From assembly GCF_032444005.1 (NCBI RefSeq), contig NC_091284.1, positions 307,768,001 to 307,832,000 of the forward strand: a stretch of DNA of 64,000 nt, read 5' to 3'. This document shows positions 23,777 through 34,248 of the stretch, one piece after another (the first letter of the stretch is position 1; each line of letters starts with the position of its first letter). Below the pieces are notes generated by a model. The model ran no database searches. It worked only from the letters and a program-made list of their open reading frames with translations, and was not told the DNA's origin. A program made the translations under genes and the position numbers. The stretch is from Ranitomeya imitator (taxonomy: Eukaryota).

Positions 23777-26700
23777 AGGTAAGTTCACACAGGGCGTTTT
23801 TGCTGCTTTTTTTTAAGCAAATTTTCAGCTGCTTTTTACAGTACCAGCAAAGCCTATGAGATTTCAGAAATTTCGTGCACACACATTGGGTTTTTGTGTG
23901 ATCTTTTTTTTTTTTTTTTGCTTTGCAGCTTTTTTTTTACATAGGGCATGTCACTTCTTTCAGGGTTTTTTCAGCTTTTTTCACCCATTGACTTGAATGG
24001 ATGATGAAAAAACGCTGCAAATACGCAGGTTGACTTTTCTTGCAGCATATTTGTTGCAGAATAGTCAAGGACAGCCAGATGTGATGTCACACTCGGCTCT
24101 GCTACTAGATGACAGGCTGGATGATGCGTCCATGCAGCCTGTCATCCAGCAGCGGACCCCCCATTCACTTGAATTCGGGGTCCGACATTAGTGTTTGACA
24201 CGCTGTCATATGCATGACAGCGCCGCAAACACCGCTTCTGATCGGCGGGGAAATCCTCCCCGCTGGTCAGAGAGCCGCGGCTCCCACGCTGTCAGAAGAC
24301 AGCAGGAGCGATCAGCTGTGATCGGAGATGTAAACTCACCTCCGATCACTGATGTCAGCTGATAGGACTACGGCTCCCGTCATCTGACACCTACAGCCGC
24401 TAATTACAGTGACAACAGGAGCGGCGGATGGGAGTTTTCATCTTTCGCTCCTGCGCTATAAATAAATTACTTAATTAGGGGTTCCCCCTAATTTTGATAA
24501 CCAGCCAGACAAATCTCAACCCTCAGCTGTCAGCTTCAGCAAGGCTAGTTATGAAGAATATAGGGGTCCTCACGCTTTAAAAAAAATAAAAAAAATTTTT
24601 TTAATAAATTATTTTAAAAAACGGCGTGGGTTCCCCCCCATTTTTGACAATCATCCTTGCTAAAGCAAACAGCTGGGGGCTGGTATTCTCAGGCTGGTAA
24701 GGGGCCATTGATATAGGCCCCCTCAGCCTAAAAATAGCAGCCCGGAGCTGCCCATAAAAGGCCAATTCTGGTGCTTTGCCCGCCTCTTCCCACTTGCCCT
24801 GTAGCGATGGCAAGCGGGATAATGAGGGGTTAATGTCGCCTTCCTATTCTAAGGTGATATTAAGCTGGCTTAGTAATCGATAGGCGTCAATAAGACATCT
24901 ATCCGTTACTAATCCTATAGCAGTTAAAGGCTTAAATAAGCACACACACACATGCAGAAAAAAGTTTGTTTTTTGCTCCCCTCTTTCCCAGAGCCATAAC
25001 TTTTTTATTTTTCCATTACTATGGTCATGTGAGAGCTTATTTTTTGCAGGACGAGTTTTGCTTTTAAACGACACCATTGGTTTTACTATGGCTTGTACTA
25101 GAAAACGGGAAAAAATTCCAAGTGCGATGAAATTGAAAAAAAGTGCAATCCCACACTTGCTTTTTGTTTGACTTTTTTGCTACGTTCACTAAATGCTAAA
25201 ACTAACCTGATATTATGATTCTCTAGGTCATTATGAGTTCACTAGATTGTGGCCCGATTCTAACGCATCGGGTATTCTAGAATATGCATGTCCCCATAGT
25301 ATATGGACAATGATGATTCCAGAATTCGCGGCAGATTGTGCCCGTCGCTGATTGGTCGAGGCAACCTTTATGACATCATCGTCGCTGTGCCCGTTGCTGA
25401 TTGGTCGAGGCCTGGCGGCCTCGACCAATCAGAGACGCGGGATGTCTACGTCCTTTATGACATCATCGTCGCTGCGCCCGTCGCTGATTGGTCAAGGCCG
25501 CCAGGCCTCGACCAATCAGAGACGCGGGATTTCCAGGACAGACAGACAGACAGAAAGACAGACAGACGGAAAAACCCTTAGACAATTATATATATATAGA
25601 TAGACACCTAACATGTCTAGGTTATTTTTTATCTAAGTGGTGAAAAAAAATTCAAAACTTTGCTAAAAAAAAAAGTGTCATTTTCCGATACCCATAGCGT
25701 CAACATTTTTCATGATCTGGGGTCGGGTGAGGGCTTATATTTTGCGTGCCGAGCTGACGTTTTTAAAGATACCACTTTTGTGCAGATACGTTCTTTTGAT
25801 CGCCCGTTACTGCATTTTAATGCAATGTCGCGGCGACCAAAAAAACGTAATTCTGGCGTTTTGAATTTTTTTCTCGCTATGCTGCTTAGCGATCAGGTTA
25901 ATGCTTTTTTTATTGATATATTTAAATTTTTTTTCATATTTTTAAAAACTTTTTTTTAAACTTTTGTTATGCTTCAATAGCCTCCATGGGAGGCTAGAAG
26001 CTGGCACAACTGGATCGGCTCAGCTACATAGCAGCGATCATGAGATCGCTGCTATGTAGCTGAAATGCAGGCTTGCTGTGAGCGCCGACCACAGGGGGCA
26101 CACACAGCAGGCCGGCATCAGTAAGGACCTCTCAAGGACCTCTATGGTTACCATCCTGACGCATCGCCGACCCCTGATCATGTGACGGGGGTCGGCGATG
26201 CGCTCATTTCCGGACATGCGGCCGGAAGCGGTAGTTAAATGCCGCTGTCAGCGTTTTGACAGTGGCATTTAACAGGTTAATAGCGGCGGGTGAATCGCGA
26301 TTTCACCCGCCGCTATTGCGCGCACATGTCAGCTGTACAAAACAGCTGACATGACGCGACTTTGGTGTGGGCTCAGCGCCGGAGCCCACATCAAAGGGGG
26401 AGACACGACATGCGCTGTACTATTACGGCGCATGTCGTGAATGGGTAAAACATCACACAGTTTTGACAATCTTTTTATTGTTCTGTCATTCCAAAGCGAA
26501 GCTATCGATCTTCTGTAATAAAAATAAAATAAAAAAGCAAAAGCATACTCCCTGATCTGTCGTAGTCCGATATATCGAGTGTCCCATGCAGTATCTGGGG
26601 GAGATAAAGCTTACAACCAGGAGCGATGCTAATGCGATCGTTCCCGGCTCTAAGCTACTGGGAAATGAATGAGACGGAGCGGGCGCAGGCTCAGTAACTA

Positions 26701-26935
26701 GCGATGACGTCACTGATCTATTCTATCTATTCATTCTATCTACAGGAAGTTGTTTTTTTTTTTCTCTGTGTGCACTCAACTTTATTGGCATGCACGAAGA
26801 GAAAAAAAAGCACAAAAAAAAATGCACAAAAAACGCGGTTTAGGTGCGTTTTTGGCACAGCTTCTTTCTTGCTAAGATGATCTGATTTTGCTGCAGAAAA
26901 AAAACGCAACAAAAACGCCCTGTGTGAACTTACCC
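23777..26935. mobile_element. Non-autonomous Harbinger-type element with nested inserts
   Basis: TIR (A/G)GGTAAGTTCACACAGGGCG at both ends, TSD TAA; contains a truncated piggyBac-type copy (~24960-26430) and a Helitron. Confidence 0.8.
25242..25600 (-). mobile_element. Non-autonomous Helitron, 359 bp
   Basis: Minus strand 5'-TC...CTAG-3' inserted at A|T with no TSD (empty site GAGTTCA|TAGACACC seen in the intact host copy near 27317-27331); subterminal hairpin CCCGAT-N8-ATCGGG. Confidence 0.88.
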
Positions 26936-26974
26936 TAAAGCTGTAGCAGAGGTGTATTTTTCAGTAATTTAATA

Positions 26975-29039
26975 TACAGTACACTGACACACGTAGACAT
27001 ATTAACCCCTTCATGACCAGGGGATTTTTCGTTTTTCCGTGTTCGTTTTTCGCTCCCCTCCTTCCCAGAGCCATAACTTTTTTTTATTTTTCCGTCAATT
27101 TGGCCATGTGAGGGCTTATTTTTTGCGGGACGAGTTGTACTTTTGAACGACATCATTGGTTTTAGCATGTCGTGTACTAGAAAACGGGAAAAAAATTCCA
27201 AGTGCGGTGAAATTGCAAAAAAAGTGCAATCCCACATTGGTTTTTTGTTTGGCTTTTTTGCTAGGTTCACTAAATGCTAAAAATGACCTGCCATTATGAT
27301 TCTCCAGGTCATTACGAGTTCATAGACACCAAACATGACTAGGTTATTTTTTATCTAAGTGGTGAAAAAAAATTCCAAACTTTGCTAAAAAAAAAAAAAA
27401 AAAATTGCGCCATTTTCCGATACTCGTAGCGTCTCCATTTTTCGTGATCTGGGGTCGGTTGAGGGCTTATTTTTTGCGTGCCGAGATGACGTTTTTAATG
27501 ATAGCATTTCGGTGCAGATACGTTCTTTTGATCGCCCGTTATTGCATTTTAATGCAATGTCGCGGCGACCAAAAAAACGTAATTCTGGCGTTTCGAGTTT
27601 TTTTCCCGCTACGCTGTTTAGCGATCAGGTTAATACTTTTTTTTATTTGATAGATCGGGCAATTCTGAGCGCGGCGATACCAAATATGCGTAGATTTGAT
27701 ATTTTTTTTATTGATTTATTTTGATTGGGGCGAAAGGGGGGTGATTTAAACTTTTATGTTTTTTTTATTTTTTTCACATTTTTTTAAACTTTTTTTTTTT
27801 TAACTTTTGCCATGCTTCAATAGCCTCCATGGGAGGCTAGAAGCAGGGACAGCACGATCGGCTCTGCTACATAGCAGCGATCTGCTGATCGCTGCTATGT
27901 AGCAGAATTGCACGTGTGCTGTGAGCGCCGACCACAGGGTGGCGCTCACAGCGACGGGCAATCAGTAACCATAGAGGTCTCAAGGACCTCTATGGCTACA
28001 ATGGAGACGCATCGCCGACCCCCGGACATGTGACGGGGGTCGGCGATGACGTCATTTCCGGCCGCCCGGCCGGAAGCGGTAGTTAAATGCCGCTGTCTGC
28101 GTTTGACAGCGGCATTTAACTAGTTAATAGGTGCGGGCAGATCGCGATTCTGCCCGCGCCTATTACGGGCACATGTCAGCTGTTCAAAACAGCTGACATG
28201 TCCCGGCTTTGGTGCGGGCTCACCGCGGAGCCCTGCATCAAAGCAGGGGAGCCGGCATCGGACGGTATAGTACGTCCGATGCCGGTAAGGGGTTAAAATC
28301 AATGCATCTTTTCAGATGTCATTGATTTTTTGCGGACCGTGTTTCCGTGTGCCAAACACGGAGACATGTCAGTGTTCGTGGGAGCGCACGAATTACACGG
28401 ACCCATTAAAGTCAATGGGTCCGTGTAAAACACGTACCGCACACGGACTTTGTCCGTGTGCAGTCCGTGTCCCGAGCAGGAGACAGCGCTACATTAAGCG
28501 CTGTCCCCCCCCACTGGTGCTGAAGCCGCGATTCATATGTTCCCTGCAGCAGCGTTTGCTGTAGAGAAGATATGAATATTAGTGTGTAAAATCCAGATCC
28601 AGGTCATCACCCCCCTCCCCCCCCCCGCTGTGATTAAAATACTTACCTAGCTTCCGGATCCCTCGCAGCGTCCTGTCCTGGCCGCACCATGTATTGTATG
28701 AGCGGTCACGTGGGACCGCCGATTACAATCAGGATTAGGCGGCTCCACCTCCCATAGGGAGGGATCTGGATTTTACACACTAATATTCATATCTTCTCTA
28801 CCGCAAACGCTGCTGCAGGGAAGATATGAATGGGGCTTCAGCACGATGCCGGGGACAGCGCTAATCTTTAGCGCTGTCTCCGGCACGGTGCGTGTGGTAC
28901 CCAGTGGGCACATGGGCGGCACACGTGTGCCGCACGTGTGCCACACTGATGTACCACAGAAACGCAGTGGCACAGGACACAGATAATTCCGGTACCGATT
29001 TTTCTGGTACCGGAATTATCTGGACGTGTGAGACTGGCC
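26975..29039. mobile_element. Harbinger MITE family A (inverted copy), split by a piggyBac-type element
   Basis: Reverse complement of the 1-595 internal sequence on both sides of a TTAA; ends ...GTGTGAGACTGGCC|TTA. Confidence 0.75.
27006..28292. mobile_element. piggyBac-type non-autonomous element, 1287 bp
   Basis: TTAA|CCCCTT...AAGGGG|TTAA; related copies at ~24960-26430 and a diverged one at ~40430-41230. Confidence 0.8.
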
Positions 29040-29733
29040 TTAGGTAAGAGTTCCACAAGTTGTGACGGAACTTCAGTGATTTGTTCTTATATTTCATTAT
29101 TATTTATATTATCTATGGTTTATATACTTTACTGGCCGTAGCTTCATGCATGCTATTTAATATAGCACCTAGTTTACAAAATGTTTGGCCCAGTTGAAAA
29201 ATATAATGGTATTGTTCACAGTGGTCTATGTAAAGATGAAAGTTGGAATATTTCCCATGAGAAATTATGGATTTAACATGGTCTGTTTTGTGTGTTGAAT
29301 GTGTGTAAGCATTGGGTGACAACAGCCATTTATTCCCTTTCTGAGCTGCTACTGGTTGTCAGGTAATGACCATGCTATACAGATAAGAAAAAAATATTTA
29401 ATCAACTCTCTGGTGTTGGAGACGTTCCATAGTGTAGTAGGCGCGGTGCACGGAAAAACTCCATGTCTGTTCTTTGGTGAACATGGATGGGAAGTAATAA
29501 CAGGTAATCCAACAATCACTGTTTCAAAAAGTCATGATTAAGAGCCAATTTATGGTTCAAAATACATAGACCCGGTGTCTTTTGAGCTTTAGCATCATGT
29601 GTTTTGTTTATCTTGTGTTCAATGTTTTCCCAATAAACGTGAAGTTTTATTTTTAAACCTACGAATGCTGGATTACTCGTCATCTCTTACTGTGTATGCG
29701 ATACAGATGCATACTTTGAGAGGCCAATGTTAA

Positions 29734-31011
29734 AGAGAATCTATGACCAGATTTAGGCTGCATGCCCACTTTGCGTTTTTATGCGTTTCCGCCACATTTT
29801 TTGCCTCAGCAGAAACGCTTAAAAACGCATTCTCATGCAATCCTATGGGATTCCGCAGTTGCTGTGCCCATGCTGTGGATTTTCCCGCTGCGGAATCACG
29901 TAGCAGTAAAATCCGTAGCATGTTCCTTATATCTGCAGAATTGCAGCGATTCAGCAGCCATAGGATTGCATTGAAACGCTCACTGTACCCATGTGGCTAT
30001 GCCCACCGTGCGTAAAGTGAGCGCTTCATGTGCGGATGGTATCCAGGGTATGGAGGAAAAAGAGACTCATCTCCAGGCCCTGGGTGCAATATTCCTGTAA
30101 AAAAAAAGGAGAATTAAAATAAAAAATAGGGATATACTTACCTTCTGATGGCCCCCGGAGTCCTCCCGCCTCTCAGCGGTGCACGCTTCAGCTTCCGTTC
30201 CCAGTGATGCATTGCGCGAATCACCTGAGATGACATCGTCACCGTGACTTCACAAAGGTCCTTTGCGCAAAACATCCCTGGGAACGGAACGTACTGGGAG
30301 CACCACTGAGGAGATCAGGGGCTGTCGGAAGGTGAGAATAACCATAATTTTTATTTTTTTAATTATTTTTACATTCTATCTTTTACTATTGATGCTTCAT
30401 AGGCAGCATCAATAGTAAAAAGTTGGTCACACTTGTCAAGCAATATGCTTGATAAGTGTGACCAACCTGTCAATCACTTTTCCTAGCGATGCTTCAAATC
30501 GCTTGTAAAAGCGCAAACATTCTGCAAGCTAAAAACGCTTGTAAAACACTTGTGTTTTGCGGGAATACACATGCAAATTCCGCATGCATTTTACCAGCTG
30601 CAGGGAGTTGCGGAAATGCTGCGGACATTTGTGCAGCATTTCTGCAACATGGGCACATAGCCTTACACTCTCTGGTCTGGGAGCAGTATAAAGTAGTAAT
30701 TTCAGCAATGTCTCACTTACCTCTAGATATTCTTCAGTCGTATATGATGCAATGAAAGCTGATTCTATCTGAGCCTTTGTTTGACAACTTTGTTTCAATT
30801 ATTGTGCATAGGGAAACAGAGGAATCGGCTCATGAATAGACAGGACTCCACAACACACACACATTGAGAGATCTCCTAAGCTTGGTTCACTCTTCTGCAA
30901 ATATTCTAGAAAAACTGCAAGTTACTGTACACACCGTTATATTCAGGATATCTGTCCCTGCATTTTAGGTTGTATTCAGATGCAACAGCAAAACCTGTTG
31001 GCAGATTTCCT
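29734..31011. mobile_element. Old Kolobok/T2-type MITE interrupted by a Harbinger MITE
   Basis: TTAA|AGAGAATCT...AGATTTCCT|TTAA, imperfect TIR. Confidence 0.5.
29756..30662. mobile_element. Harbinger-type MITE
   Basis: TIR GGCT(GCA/ATG)TGCCCA; TSD TTA on both sides. Confidence 0.8.
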
Positions 31012-31129
31012 TTAATGTCTGCAACTCCAGTGTATTTAGGATAAGTTTAGGAAAGTTTCTATTTTTGTGCATTATTTGAAGAGGTGTCATCGTAGAAATG
31101 TTCAGTTTGTGTTGAAACTGGCAGACAAT

Positions 31130-32345
31130 TAGTTGCGGATTAGAGGTTAAACCTGCGGCAGTGCAGAGACATACTGTATATGAGTACGAGGTGTTGGGAG
31201 GAGTTTGAGCCGTCTGGCAAGGTTGGAATTATTTTTATTATTAAGGGCATAAAAACATTGTTGAGACCAGTGAATGACTCGGTCTACGTTTTCGGAGAGG
31301 CAATAATCGAGTTTTGTGTGCGTGAGGTCATGGTATGTAGAAGGGGAGTTCAAGTTCTTCATCTCGGACTCTAATGTTGAAACTCTATTCTCCAGAGCAG
31401 TTATTCTTGCGTATCTTTCTTCTTACGAGAAGCTTCTTGAATGGAGAAGTCTATCAACACAGCTTTAACAGCTTCCCAAAGGGAGACTGGAGAAGAAGCT
31501 GACTGAAGGTTCAGAGAGAAATATTAATTGAGATGATGTTTCAATCTCTGAGCAATTTCAGGATAAGAGAGTAAGGAGTCATTCAGAGTCCAGTTGAATG
31601 AATGGTGACGTGGGTGTAAAGTAGAGCAGGTGAGCTGGAATGGAGAGTGGTCTGACCAGGGAGTTGACTGTATAGAAATGTTTGTTATATTAGTTATGAA
31701 TGATGTGTGGGTCAATATGTGATCTAGTGTGTACTAAATGTCATGGAGGGATATATGTATAGTCTTTGACCAACGGGAATTGTTCTCTCCATTAATCCAC
31801 CCATTGGTACAGGGAAAGGAGTTTTTTTTGGAGCAGCTGCATCTGTAGAAAGAGGAGCTAATGAGAGAGTCAGAGTTTGAGGGTTTGTAGACTTGTAGAA
31901 AGCAGGGTTAAGTATACTGTTGGAGTCACCACATTGTAGTGTAGTGCCTTGGGCATGTTTGGAGACTAAGTCAAGTAGTTGAGAGAAGAAGGCAGATTAG
32001 GAATATTGGGAGCATGGTAGGACACAAAGGTCACCACCTCATCAGCGACAGAGCCAGTCACCATGAGATAACGGCCCTGTTTATCTGCGACTAATGATTT
32101 AAAAAATGAAGGGACAAATTTTTTGAAGCAAATGGCAACACCTTTAGTTTTTTTTGGGATGCTAGCTGTGTAGAAAAGTGGGCAAGAGGGGGACAAAAAC
32201 TTTGGGTACAATGAAGTAGAGAAATGTGTCCCATGAAGGCAAATCACGTCTGCTTGCTGGAATCTGTAATTGGGGAAAGCTTTGGTACGTGTGTGCGGTG
32301 AATTAAGACCCAGCACATTGTCTCATAAGATGGTTAAAGGAACCT
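31130..32345 (-). mobile_element. L1-clade LINE ORF2 fragment (apurinic-like endonuclease and downstream region; RT missing)
   Basis: NVLGLNSP...DVICLHGTH...KGVAI...DKQGRY...SYHAPN, then SDHSP and WTLNDSLL; stops and frameshifts. Confidence 0.85.
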
Positions 32346-33062
32346 TGATAAGAGTGTCAGGGTTATATAGAAACCTCCTGTGGCCGGTAATTGATAATGG
32401 GAGGATAAATTGTTATGAGTCCCCTCGGTGGGGTTAAGGTGGGTAGATTAGTTAGTGTAACTTTTAGAAGATATGGGGGACAAAAGTTGGAAAGTGGGGT
32501 ATAGTGTAGAAAGTATTGAATATTGCATATTGAACAACGCATTATTGGGTATAATAAGTATATTTATATTTTAGGAAAGGGGGAGATCGGGTGAGCTGGG
32601 TGGATTTAGTAGGTAGTGAGTCTGGTATAGGAAGTGAGGAGTACCAGATTAACCTCAATTATTATGGTTTCAAGAGACCGAAGAGCAGATAGTGCTTCAG
32701 GACCCAGGCAGATGGCAGTTAAGCCTAGCCCACACACTAACACATGGTTAGTTTGGGTAAATTGAAGGACTGCTATTTTGAATATTACTGTAAGAATTCA
32801 TATAAAATCCAGACTTGAGTATTTAATTAAATAGGCTAGAAGAGCAGCATTCTGATGGTTAATTCCGTGGAGGAGTGTTACATGGGCATTGTTCATGGCA
32901 GTCTTACAGATGTTAATAGGGCTTCCTTAGACAGGCCTAGCGCAAACCACTTAAAGGCCTTAGCCATTTAACCCATGGACTGGGATCTGGACTTACACAG
33001 GGGTCCCTGGTTTAGGGCCATGGAAAAGATTGCTGGCCAGTAAAGCAAGCTGAATGCAAGAA

Positions 33063-33344
33063 GGGGCAGCAAGGTGGCTCAGTGGTTAGCACTGCAGCCT
33101 TGCAGCACTGAAGTCCTGCCTTCCAATCCCACCAATGACAACATCTGCAAGGTGTTTGTATGTTCTCCCCGTGTTTGCGTGGGTTTCCTCCAGGCACTCC
33201 AGTTTCCTCGCACATTCCAGAAACATACCGATAGGGATTTTAGATTGTGAGTCCCATCGGGGACAGCGATGATAATGTGTGCAAACTGTAAAGCGCTGCG
33301 GAATATGTTAGCGCTATATAACAATAAGGTTATTCTTATTATTA
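33063..33344 (+). mobile_element. tRNA-derived V-SINE with an L2-like tail
   Basis: A-box-like GGTGGCTCAGTGG; V-domain GTATGTTCTCCCCGTGTTTGCGTGGGTTTCC; tail GTAAAGCGCTGCGGAATATGTTAGCGCTATATAA; (TTA)n end. Confidence 0.85.
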
Positions 33345-33345
33345 A

Positions 33346-33648
33346 GGCTTGGTTCACATTGCGTTTACAACAGCCCGTTCAACACATACGGTAACGGGCC
33401 GCTGTAAATGCAAGTGCCGGTATGGCAGCACGCTAGCGCAGATATAGCATCTGCTAGCTCTATCTGCGCTAGTGGTGACGGACCCGGAAACACTGCAGCC
33501 CGCGTCTCGGGGTCAGTCACTCAATGACTGCACATCGTTAGCGCACGCCCATTATGAGCGTGCGCTAGCGATGCATCTGACATTGCTTTCAATGGCGGTG
33601 TTGACGGACTACGTTACACCGCGTTTACAACGCAATGTGAGCCCAACC
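33346..33648. mobile_element. Harbinger-type MITE inserted at the SINE tail
   Basis: TIR GG(C/T)T(T/G)G(G)(T/C)TCACATTGCGTT; TSD TAA. Confidence 0.75.
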
Positions 33649-33699
33649 TAACATGCATGCATGCATGCATGCATGCTGATCATCCAATGAAGTCTTCCT

Positions 33700-34240
33700 C
33701 TTCGGATTCCGCTCAAGTTCTGCTTTTTTCCATCTCAAGAAAAATTTACCATCATGCAGTTTGCGTATTTATGCATTTTGGACATTTGTCGTTGCATAAG
33801 ATCATTATTGTTACATTATTTAGTGACAAGATTTGTTGTGTTCCATATATTCTTGTATTATGTTTAGTTAAAGTACATATGTGTTTCCTTTTTTTTTTTT
33901 TTTTCTATTTCTGCCTATTCCGTGAACTTTTTGTTTCATGTGGCCAATTGCTGGTTCACATTCACCACCAGGTGTTTTCATTCTCAGTGGATTACTTTTC
34001 CACCTGATCATTGCACCGGTGTGTTCAATGGATTCTTACATAAAAAGTACGGAACAGGCCAGACACTAGATATCATGATTAAGGGTGCTTTGCCACCTGA
34101 AACGCGTAGATAGATAGTGTTTTTATCCTTATTGTGCTGATGTTTTTATCCTCTGCTTCTATATGAAGTGAATAAAGTACCAAGTTTTTACTTTTCACTG
34201 TCTCGTTGAGCTGGATATTCTTTTTTTGCTTTTTGGAGCC
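33700..34240 (+). mobile_element. Penelope-like terminal repeat (sense to ITPR3)
   Basis: T-rich UTR-like sequence, hammerhead-like fold at 34063-34120, AATAAA at 34171; boundaries approximate. Confidence 0.6.
34063..34120 (+). ncRNA. Candidate minimal type I hammerhead ribozyme with an A3-U8 core variant
   Basis: Stem I ACACTA-GA-TATC / GATA-GA-TAGTGT; core ATGATTA; stem II GGGTG-CTTTGC-CACCT; GAAA; palindromic helix III ACGCGT; GUA cleavage triplet. Confidence 0.6.
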
Positions 34241-34248
34241 CAACCTAA

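Noticed and set aside
33063-33135. tRNA gene
   Set aside because: tRNA-like head with a degenerate B box, followed directly by a V-domain and LINE tail; it is a SINE
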